A DNA stretch of 64,000 nt from Acetatifactor sp. (lineage in GTDB: Bacteria > Bacillota > Clostridia > Lachnospirales > Lachnospiraceae): positions 18,849-82,848 of the forward strand of contig JAZLGY010000095.1 in NCBI GenBank assembly GCA_045616525.1, written 5' to 3'. A program made the translations under genes and the position numbers. How positions within the stretch are numbered: the stretch's first letter is position 1; every line of letters starts with the position of its first letter. Positions 56,295 through 64,000 of the stretch are shown in pieces. Under the pieces are notes generated by a model. That model was not told the origin of the DNA. It did not search any database and saw only the letters and a list, made by a program, of their open reading frames with translations.

Positions 56295-58979
56295 TTATCC
56301 TTTCCAGCGATTCTTTAACTTGTTTTGCAAACGATACAAAGCATTCATGGCATCTAAGGGCGTCATGGTTTGAATTTCAAGTTCTGTAAGCTCCTTTAAT
56401 ACATCCTCATCAGTGGTAGTATCAAAAAGAGAAATCTGTGCCAAATCAACTTCATCATATTTTTTCTTTTTTACAGGTGCATCAGAAGTCTTATTCTCTA
56501 CAGTAATTCCTTGTATTTTTTCCGTAATATCATGATCAGAAAGCTCTTTTGCAATCTCCTTTGCTCTGTCAATAACCATATCCGGAACACCGGCCAGCTT
56601 AGCAACCTGAATACCATAGCTTCGGTCAGCGCCGCCATTGATGATTTTACGAAGGAACACGATATCATCACCATCTTCCTTAACTGCGATACAGTAATTA
56701 TTTACATTGCTTATTTTACCTTCCAATTCAGTTAATTCATGATAATGTGTTGCAAACAATGTTTTGGCACCTAAAAGCTTCTTGTTGCTGATGTGTTCTA
56801 CAACAGCCCATGCAATACTTAACCCATCAAAGGTTGAAGTTCCGCGTCCAATTTCATCCAGAATCAGCAAACTGTTTGATGTAGCATTTCGAAGTATATT
56901 AGCCACCTCATTCATTTCAACCATAAAGGTAGACTGGCCACTGGCGAGATCATCACTGGCACCAACTCTTGTAAATATTCGGTCAACCACACCGATATTG
57001 GCTGATTTCGCAGGAACAAAGCATCCTATTTGTGTCATCAGAACGATTAATGCTGTCTGACGCATATATGTAGATTTACCGGCCATATTAGGACCTGTAA
57101 TAATGGAAATCAAATGATTGCTATTATCAAGATAGGTGTCATTGGAAACAAACATATCATTCTGTGTCATCTGTTCAACAACGGGATGACGGCCCTCTTT
57201 GATATCAATAATGCCCTTTTTATTAAGCTTAGGTCTTACATATTGGTTTCTCTCTGAAATATAAGCAAGGGATGCAAACATATCAAGATTTGCAATGGCC
57301 TTGGCAGTTTTCTGAATACGTTCGATTTCAGAAGCGATTGCATTTCTGATTTTACAAAACATATCATATTCCAGGGTTGAAAGCTTATCTTCAGCATTTA
57401 ATATAGTATCCTCCAGCTCCTTTAAACGCTGAGAAGTATATCGTTCCGAGCCGGAAAGAGTTTGTTTACGAACGTAATCTTCAGGTACCAAATGCTGGTA
57501 GGAATTGGTAACATCAAAATAATAACCAAATACTTTATTATACTTAATCTTTAGATTTTTGATACCGGTTCTTTCTTTATCATTGTTTTCCAGCTCCTGG
57601 AGCCAATTTTTTCCTTCTGTTTTGGCCTTTCTTAATGTATCAATATCCTGATCAAAGCCATCCTTTATAATTCCACCCTCACGAATAGAAATAGGAGGTT
57701 CCTCATCAATGGATTCTCCAATTAAATGATATAAATCAGATAAGGAATCTAAATCTCTGTCGATATTTTCAAAAATCTCCCCTTTTAAATCGCGTAAATT
57801 CTCTTTGATACTTGGTAAATACTCCAAGGAATTACGAAACGCAAGTAAATCTCTGGGATTCGCTGTTCCGTAGGTAACCTTACATAATAATCGTTCTAAA
57901 TCATAAATAGGATTTAAACATTCACGAATCTCAGCATTTACCATGGGATTTTTACAAAGGCTTTCCACTGCATCTAATCTTTTTTCAATCTCATCTGCAT
58001 TTGTCAGAGGCTGCTCAATTGCTCTACGTAGAGTTCTTCCACCCATAGCTGTTTTTGTTTTATCCAAAACCCATAAAAGAGAACCTTTTTTCTGCTTTTC
58101 GCGTAAGGTTTCTGATAGCTCTAAGTTTCTTCTGGTAGAACTGTCAAGCAACATGTACATACCGGTGCTATACGAAATGATCTGTCTGATATTGGATAAA
58201 TCAGTCTTTTGAATATCACTTAAATAATGTAAAATCGCCCCCACAGATATAGTACCGATAGGATAACTGTCAAGTCCAAGACCTATCATACTGTTTACCT
58301 TAAAATGCTTAAAAATCCACTGTTTACATGAGTTATCATCAAAATAATAGGGATCAATTGCACTTACCGCTATACCAAGTCGATTTCTAAAATCTGAAAA
58401 ATCTAAGCCGCACATTAAGAAGCTTTCATTACATACAATCTCCTTGGGTTCATATTTCATCATTTCATCTACAAATTTCTTGGTATCATCCACTTCAGTT
58501 AAGAAAAAATCACCTGTTGTGACATCACAGATTGCCATACCAATTCCATTAGAGGTATAGGTCACGCACATAAGATAGTTATTTTTATTTTCATCTAAGC
58601 TTTGGGTACTTAAATTGGTACCTGGCGTAGCTACTCTTATGACCTCTCTCTTTACCAGACCTTTGGCAAGCTTGGGATCTTCCACCTGTTCGCAAATAGC
58701 AACCTTATACCCATTCTTTATGAGTTTATCCAAGTATGTTTCCATAGCATGGTAAGGAACACCACACATAGCCACTCTGTCCTCTAAACCGCAGCTTTTG
58801 CCTGTTAAAGTGATTTCCAGGGTTTTGGATGCATTCATGGCATCCTCAAAGAACATTTCATAGAAGTCCCCCAGTCTGTAAAATAAAATACAGTCCGAAT
58901 ATTCTTCCTTGGTTTCCAGGTATTTTTGCATCATTGGGGTTAAAGCCCCTCTATCAATGTTTTCAACTGATTCAATCAT
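56295..58979 (-). CDS. mutS: DNA mismatch repair protein MutS
   Basis: 894 aa; TPMMQKYL, GDFYEMF mismatch-binding motif, GPNMAGKST Walker A. Confidence 0.95.
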   Translation of the reverse strand: MIESVENIDRGALTPMMQKYLETKEEYSDCILFYRLGDFYEMFFEDAMNASKTLEITLTGKSCGLEDRVAMCGVPYHAMETYLDKLIKNGYKVAICEQVEDPKLAKGLVKREVIRVATPGTNLSTQSLDENKNNYLMCVTYTSNGIGMAICDVTTGDFFLTEVDDTKKFVDEMMKYEPKEIVCNESFLMCGLDFSDFRNRLGIAVSAIDPYYFDDNSCKQWIFKHFKVNSMIGLGLDSYPIGTISVGAILHYLSDIQKTDLSNIRQIISYSTGMYMLLDSSTRRNLELSETLREKQKKGSLLWVLDKTKTAMGGRTLRRAIEQPLTNADEIEKRLDAVESLCKNPMVNAEIRECLNPIYDLERLLCKVTYGTANPRDLLAFRNSLEYLPSIKENLRDLKGEIFENIDRDLDSLSDLYHLIGESIDEEPPISIREGGIIKDGFDQDIDTLRKAKTEGKNWLQELENNDKERTGIKNLKIKYNKVFGYYFDVTNSYQHLVPEDYVRKQTLSGSERYTSQRLKELEDTILNAEDKLSTLEYDMFCKIRNAIASEIERIQKTAKAIANLDMFASLAYISERNQYVRPKLNKKGIIDIKEGRHPVVEQMTQNDMFVSNDTYLDNSNHLISIITGPNMAGKSTYMRQTALIVLMTQIGCFVPAKSANIGVVDRIFTRVGASDDLASGQSTFMVEMNEVANILRNATSNSLLILDEIGRGTSTFDGLSIAWAVVEHISNKKLLGAKTLFATHYHELTELEGKISNVNNYCIAVKEDGDDIVFLRKIINGGADRSYGIQVAKLAGVPDMVIDRAKEIAKELSDHDITEKIQGITVENKTSDAPVKKKKYDEVDLAQISLFDTTTDEDVLKELTELEIQTMTPLDAMNALYRLQNKLKNRWKG

Positions 58980-59159
58980 GTTTTTTCCTCAAATATTTGT
59001 TATTTCGTAAAATTTTACAACAAAATCAGACACAATATTTCGTGTGCCGTTCATATCATACCACTAAATACCTTATTTGTAAATTTTATGTTGCTTTATA
59101 AAGGAAGGATTGTTAAACTAATTACAGTTATTTTAATTACCAGAAAGTGAGATAAAATT

Positions 59160-60263
59160 ATGCAGGTTAATGAGGTTGGCTTTATTGGTCTGGGACTCAT
59201 CGGAGGCTCCATTGCCAAGTCTATTAAAGCCAATATAAAAGGTGTAAAAATCACCGCTTATGATATTCATGAAGAAACTTTAAAAACCGCTGTACAAGAA
59301 GGCATTGTAGATATTGCAGCAGACAAAATAGATGTAAGATTTTCTAACTGCGACTATATCTTCCTTTGTGCTCCTGTACAGAAAAATGATAATAATTTGA
59401 TGTATTTAAAATCGATTATATCAGAAAACTGTATTATTACTGATGTGGGAAGTGTAAAAACCGACATTCATCATCACGTCATCGAAATGGGATTAGAGGA
59501 CTTCTTTATAGGTGGCCATCCCATGGCAGGAAGTGAAAGATTCGGATATATCAATTCTAAAGCGAAGCTTTTGGAAAATATATATTATATTCTTACCCCA
59601 ACTTCAAAAACAAGTGAAGACAAACTCAATAATTACAAGGAACTGGTTAATGCCATGGGAGCGATTCCTTTAATCCTTGACTATGAACAGCACGACTTTT
59701 TTACCGCCGGTATCTCTCATTTACCACATGTAATTGCCGCATCTTTGGTAAATCTAGTGCGTGATAATGATTCAAAAGAAGGTATTATGAAGCTGATTGC
59801 AGCCGGTGGCTTTAAGGATATCACTCGTATTGCTTCCTCTTCCGCTACCATGTGGCAGCAGATTTGTCTGACCAATACTGAAAATATTAAGGATCTATTG
59901 GATAAATATATTGCATCCTTGACGAATATTCGTAGTGACCTTGAAAAACGTGACGCAGATAAGCTCTATAGTTTGTTTGATGAAGCCAGAATCTATCGAG
60001 AATCCTTCATTAATGCATCCAGTGGTCCTATTAAACGCGTATATGCATTTACCATCGACATTGATGACCGTCCGGGTATGCTTGCTCAGGTTGTATCTAC
60101 TCTTGCATTTAATAGTATTAATATAAAAAACATTGGTATTGTACATAATCGTGAATATGAGGAAGGTGTTCTTAGAATCGAATTTTATGATGAAGAATCC
60201 GAGGCGAAAGCAAAAGAACTACTGAATACTCCACAATTTATGATACATGAAAAGAAAATGTAA
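59160..60263 (+). CDS. tyrA: prephenate dehydrogenase with C-terminal ACT domain
   Basis: 367 aa; GLGLIGGS Rossmann motif, GGHPMAGSE, C-terminal ACT-like segment. Confidence 0.9.
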   Translation: MQVNEVGFIGLGLIGGSIAKSIKANIKGVKITAYDIHEETLKTAVQEGIVDIAADKIDVRFSNCDYIFLCAPVQKNDNNLMYLKSIISENCIITDVGSVKTDIHHHVIEMGLEDFFIGGHPMAGSERFGYINSKAKLLENIYYILTPTSKTSEDKLNNYKELVNAMGAIPLILDYEQHDFFTAGISHLPHVIAASLVNLVRDNDSKEGIMKLIAAGGFKDITRIASSSATMWQQICLTNTENIKDLLDKYIASLTNIRSDLEKRDADKLYSLFDEARIYRESFINASSGPIKRVYAFTIDIDDRPGMLAQVVSTLAFNSINIKNIGIVHNREYEEGVLRIEFYDEESEAKAKELLNTPQFMIHEKKM

Positions 60264-60297
60264 AAAAGCCCGCTAGTTCATCTAGCGGGTTTCTTTG
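60264..60297. terminator. bidirectional terminator shared by tyrA and the VanZ gene
   Basis: AAAAA-GCCCGCTAG-ttcat-CTAGCGGGT-TTCTTT; overlaps the last codons of the minus-strand gene. Confidence 0.75.
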
Positions 60298-60815
60298 TAA
60301 TATAATCCTTCGTTTTGAAAAATCTTCCATTTTTTTAGCAATTTATAAATAAGATACATCATGAAGAAGCCGGTAATGCCCCCTGAAGTATCAAGGAGAA
60401 CATCCATGAAGTTTCCGCTTCTTCCAGGAATAAATAACTGGTGTATTTCATCAAAGGCAGCAGAAAGAAAAACCCAGATGGTTGCAATAAATAACTGTGG
60501 TTTCAACTTATATCGAATATTAAACAAAATAATAGATATAAGGCTTCCCATTATAGCATACTCTGTAAAATGGGCCAGCTTTCGAATAGGATGTTCAAAA
60601 TAGGCTGCAATGGATTCCATAACCTCTTCTGTCCAGTGTTTACCGGCTATTTTGTTAAAAAAATCCGTACACATCATAGTAATTTTAAAGCTTAATGAGG
60701 AAGATTCTTCTCCATCCTGCTCAGAAAATCTAAATATGAAACTATATAGTATTATCAATAAAATGGCAGCCACAATAGTAACTGCCATTTTTTTAATATT
60801 AATATTTCGAAACAT
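60282..60815 (-). CDS. VanZ-family membrane protein
   Basis: 177 aa; KLAHFTEYAIMG and DEIHQLFIPGRSG...DVLLDTSG motifs. Confidence 0.8.
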   Translation of the reverse strand: MFRNINIKKMAVTIVAAILLIILYSFIFRFSEQDGEESSSLSFKITMMCTDFFNKIAGKHWTEEVMESIAAYFEHPIRKLAHFTEYAIMGSLISIILFNIRYKLKPQLFIATIWVFLSAAFDEIHQLFIPGRSGNFMDVLLDTSGGITGFFMMYLIYKLLKKWKIFQNEGLYYKETR

Positions 60816-61156
60816 TATTTGGATTCACTTTCTGTTATTGTTTCATATACACTGATTCTGGATGCATCCAATTCAGACATACCAACAAAAATAGCACCAT
60901 AATGGAAGCTTTGAGAGTCCTTCATTTCAATTCTGACAATCTGTAAGAAAGCGTGAATTACTTCCTTGGTCCAAATGGTTAAATATGTTTCATAAACAGC
61001 ACCAATATCGAGCTTTTCCAGGCTGCTGAAGCCTACACCTGTTCTGGAAACATCTGTAATATCAATAACAACTGCATGCTTCTCATCTGAATCCAAACGC
61101 TTAACCATAAGCTTAGCCTCAAGATCCATACGTTTATTTCTTCTTCTGTCTTCCAT
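60815..61156 (-). CDS. stand-alone PilZ-domain (c-di-GMP receptor) protein
   Basis: 113 aa; RRRNKR (RxxxR) and DVSRTG (DxSxxG) motifs at the canonical spacing. Confidence 0.8.
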   Translation of the reverse strand: MEDRRRNKRMDLEAKLMVKRLDSDEKHAVVIDITDVSRTGVGFSSLEKLDIGAVYETYLTIWTKEVIHAFLQIVRIEMKDSQSFHYGAIFVGMSELDASRISVYETITESESK

Positions 61157-61242
61157 TATTTGCCTCCCAATATTTCAATTGATTTCAATACAAATAAATA
61201 CAATATTATTTTATTAGATTTAGAGATAAAAGTCAATCAAAG

Positions 61243-62292
61243 CTAGTTTTCATTATTAATAAACATTGCATCTCCAAAACTGAAAAAACGATATCTTTCC
61301 TTGATGGCTTCCTCGTAAGCATGTAGTACATTTTCTCTTCCTGCAAGTGCAGAAACCAGCATCACCAAGGTGGATTCCGGTAAATGGAAATTGGTAATTA
61401 AAGCATCCAAAATCTTGAATTCATAACCGGGATAAATAAAGATTTCGGTGTTGCCACAGCCTGCTTCTAAAACACCTTTTTCTCTGGAGGCACTCTCCAC
61501 TGTTCTACAGCTGGTTGTTCCTACACAGATGACTCTTCCGCCATTTTTCTTGGTTTCATTAACAAGCTTTGCTGTTTCTTCTGTTACTTCATAATACTCA
61601 GAATGCATATGATGATTTAAGACATTGTCTTCCTTCACAGGACGAAATGTTCCCAGACCTACATGCAATGTCACATATGCGATATTAATCCCTTTTTCTT
61701 TGATATTTTCAAGAAGTTCATTGGTAAAATGTAAGCCTGCAGTAGGTGCTGCCGCAGAACCCTCATATTTAGCATATACGGTCTGATATCTGTTTTTGTC
61801 CTGTAATTTATGAGTGATATAAGGCGGAAGCGGCATTTCCCCAAGCTGATCCAGCACTTCTTCCCAGATTCCTTCATATTCAAATCGAATCAGACGGTTT
61901 CCTTCGTCTACTGTTTCCAATACTTCAGCTTTTAATATTCCGTTTCCAAAGACCAATCGACTTCCGGGTTTACATTTTTTGCCGGGTTTTACAAGGGTTT
62001 CCCAGATATTTTCTTCTTTTCTTTTAAGAAGTAACACTTCTACATGTCCGCCGGTGCCTTCTCTTTCTCCCAAAAGTCTTGCCGGAATGACCTTGGTATT
62101 ATTTAAAACCAAACAGTCTCCGGGCTTTAAGTAATCAATAATATCCTTAAATATTTTATGCTGGATTTCACCACTTTTTCTTCCTAAAACCAAAAGCCTA
62201 GAGCTTGAGCGGTCCAAAAGGGGATCCTGTGCTATTAATTCTTCCGGTAAATCAAAATAAAAATCAGATTTTTTTAATACTGCATCCTGCAT
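61243..62292 (-). CDS. queA: S-adenosylmethionine:tRNA ribosyltransferase-isomerase
   Basis: 349 aa; [23 protein letters not shown] motifs. Confidence 0.95.
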   Translation of the reverse strand: MQDAVLKKSDFYFDLPEELIAQDPLLDRSSSRLLVLGRKSGEIQHKIFKDIIDYLKPGDCLVLNNTKVIPARLLGEREGTGGHVEVLLLKRKEENIWETLVKPGKKCKPGSRLVFGNGILKAEVLETVDEGNRLIRFEYEGIWEEVLDQLGEMPLPPYITHKLQDKNRYQTVYAKYEGSAAAPTAGLHFTNELLENIKEKGINIAYVTLHVGLGTFRPVKEDNVLNHHMHSEYYEVTEETAKLVNETKKNGGRVICVGTTSCRTVESASREKGVLEAGCGNTEIFIYPGYEFKILDALITNFHLPESTLVMLVSALAGRENVLHAYEEAIKERYRFFSFGDAMFINNEN

Positions 62293-62293
62293 C

Positions 62294-63715
62294 TTAAATA
62301 TCTCCTAAACCTTCTGCAAATGCTTTATATCCTTTGTATGCTTCATAAATATCAGCTTTACTTGTTGCTTCCCAAGGTGCGTGCATATTCATAACAGCTA
62401 CGCCGCTATCAATAACATTCATGCCATATAAAGCAAGGATATAGGCAATGGTTCCGCCGCCGCCCAAATCGACCTTGCCAAGTTCGGCTGTCTGATAATT
62501 TACACCCTTTTCATCAAAGGTCTTTCTAAGATATGCAAGATATTCTGCATTGGCATCATTACTGCCACTTTTTCCTCTGGCTCCGGTAAATTTATTAATG
62601 ACCATTCCTTTGCCCAGATATGCTACGTTCTTTTTGTCAAAGCTACCTGCAAAGCTTGGGTCATAAGCACTGCTGACATCTGATGAAAGCATGCAGGAAT
62701 TCTGAAGTGCTCTTCTAAGATTTAATTCACTATACTCTCCGCAGAGCTCCATAATATATGCAACTGTATTTTCAAAGAAATGAGATTGCATGCCGGTTGC
62801 ACCAACAGAACCTATTTCCTCTTTGTCTGTTAAAATCAAGCAGAGAGTTCTATCTACCTCTTTGGTATCTAGCATTGCCTTTAAAGAAGTAAAAGCACAT
62901 ACTCTGTCATCCTGGCCATAGGCCAAAATCATACTTCTGTCAAGACCGGCTTCTCTAGCTTTTCCGGCAGGAACCACTTCAAGTTCTGCGGAAATAAAGT
63001 CCTCCTCTTCCATTCCGTAGGTGTTTTTCAGAATGTCAAGAATGCCATCCTTTACGCTATTTTTTTCTTTTGCCTTTTCTTCCTTTTTTTCTTTCTTTTT
63101 ATCAATAATCAGAGGTTTATTTCCAATGATAATATCTAATGCTTCTCCTTCAATTACCTTTGCAGCCTTTTTTTCAAGCTGCTCTTGAGATAAATGAATC
63201 AATAAATCTGAAACAAAAAATACAGGATCATCTTCATTGTCACCAATGTTGATTTCAATCGTAGAACCATCCTTCTTTACAACCACACCATGTAATGATA
63301 ACGGAATTGTAACCCACTGGTATTTCTTAACACCACCATAATAATGTGTATCAAGATATGCAAAGCCGTTATCTTCATACAAAGGATTCTGCTTAATATC
63401 CATTCTGGGGCTATCAATATGTGCACCTAAAATATTCATACCGTTTTTAAGGGGCTGTTTTCCAATCTGCATCATAACAATGGCTTTGTTCATGCAAACA
63501 CTGTAAACCTTATCACCGGTTTTAAGAGTCACACCTTCTTTTTCAAGCTTACTTAATTCTCTATATCCTTCTTTTTCAATTGTATTTACTATTGTATCTA
63601 CACATTCTCTTTCAGTTTTTCCCATATCAAGGAACTCTCTGTATTCAGCATTAATTGCTTCCAACTCTTTTAACTGTTTTGTACTATAAGTTGTCCAAGC
63701 ATTTTTTCTTTCCAT
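62294..63715 (-). CDS. M18-family aminopeptidase
   Basis: 473 aa; GAHIDSP, DKEEIGS, metal-ligand blocks typical of aspartyl-aminopeptidase-like enzymes. Confidence 0.8.
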   Translation of the reverse strand: MERKNAWTTYSTKQLKELEAINAEYREFLDMGKTERECVDTIVNTIEKEGYRELSKLEKEGVTLKTGDKVYSVCMNKAIVMMQIGKQPLKNGMNILGAHIDSPRMDIKQNPLYEDNGFAYLDTHYYGGVKKYQWVTIPLSLHGVVVKKDGSTIEINIGDNEDDPVFFVSDLLIHLSQEQLEKKAAKVIEGEALDIIIGNKPLIIDKKKEKKEEKAKEKNSVKDGILDILKNTYGMEEEDFISAELEVVPAGKAREAGLDRSMILAYGQDDRVCAFTSLKAMLDTKEVDRTLCLILTDKEEIGSVGATGMQSHFFENTVAYIMELCGEYSELNLRRALQNSCMLSSDVSSAYDPSFAGSFDKKNVAYLGKGMVINKFTGARGKSGSNDANAEYLAYLRKTFDEKGVNYQTAELGKVDLGGGGTIAYILALYGMNVIDSGVAVMNMHAPWEATSKADIYEAYKGYKAFAEGLGDI

Positions 63716-63789
63716 AACATTACCTTCCTTATAAATTTCATTAAAAAAGTGTACTATCCTATTATATCCGATTTTAGGAAATAAACAAT

Positions 63790-63826
63790 AAAAAACCTTG
63801 AGATCATCCTTTATCCCAAGGTTTTA
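63790..63826 (-). terminator. terminator downstream of pheT
   Basis: AAAACCTTG-N16-CAAGGTTTT hairpin with T-runs on both strands. Confidence 0.7.
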
Positions 63827-63829
63827 TTA

Positions 63830-64000
63830 TTAGCTACGAAGATCAATATCTAAATGGAACTTTAAGTTCTTTAAGATTTTTGTTACAAAACGATCAACTG
63901 CATCAGCTTCAAATGCTTCTTCTCCGGGTACAAATTCCAATGAGAATGCCATGCTTCTCTTATCCTGAGGAATCTGACCACCCTCATATACATCAAATAA
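63830..64000 (-). CDS. pheT: 3' end of phenylalanine-tRNA ligase beta subunit (runs off the right edge)
   Basis: Minus-strand translation ...LFDVYEGGQIPQDKRSMAFSLEFVPGEEAFEADAVDRFVTKILKNLKFHLDIDLRS* matches the PheT C-terminal FDX-ACB domain pattern. Confidence 0.75.
   Translation of the reverse strand, partial: LFDVYEGGQIPQDKRSMAFSLEFVPGEEAFEADAVDRFVTKILKNLKFHLDIDLRS

Noticed and set aside
58980-59159. Possible T-box or other leader upstream of tyrA
   Set aside because: The 180-bp region is AT-rich, with no T-box core, no conserved riboswitch motif and no terminator hairpin.

Overview
Low-GC Firmicutes chromosome segment; gene order suggests Clostridia, probably Lachnospiraceae-like. About 80% is syntenic housekeeping DNA.

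**Plus-strand block, 1-10.9 kb:** hisZ(?)GDB, terminator, hisI, a radical-SAM TIGR03960/TIGR03936 pair with RNase G, a Nudix hydrolase, a three-gene Y-family polymerase/YolD-like cassette, and azlCD.

**AT-rich accessory stretch, about 10.9-22.4 kb:** small membrane proteins, GNAT, DUF2809, a GH25 lysozyme, a hydrolase, a sugar-sensor GGDEF cyclase, a PlsC-like acyltransferase, a tyrosine recombinase and a repeat-rich secreted surface protein.

**Mostly minus-strand block, 22.4-64 kb:**
- ribDE(BA)H behind an FMN riboswitch, then dtd and an AI-2E transporter.
- ttcA, and a LysM YneA-like gene divergent from lexA with three Cheo boxes.
- rsfS-yqeK-nadD-yhbY-obg and rpmA-prp-rplU.
- rluD-lspA-aroB and sepF-yggS.
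- A D,D-carboxypeptidase (dac), mgsA-rodA-minEDC-pbp2-mreDCB-radC.
- A ynbB-like gene, miaA-mutL-mutS, tyrA, VanZ, PilZ, queA, an M18 aminopeptidase and the pheT 3' end.

**Most unusual signals:**
1. Twelve invariant, alternately oriented TACGGAG heptamers phased every 52-53 bp (12392-12691). They sit in a 718-bp non-coding gap and I cannot assign them to any known element class.
2. A 690-bp non-coding region between ribH and the surface-protein gene. It contains an orphan promoter-to-terminator unit, then a GC-rich structured leader. That leader ends in a near-perfect T-box core (GGGUGGCACCGCG) with no terminator/antiterminator partner and no amino-acid-related gene downstream.
3. A very tightly LexA-operated consensus promoter for the YneA-like gene, whereas the translesion cassette shows no LexA box.

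No CRISPR, rRNA or tRNA genes were seen.
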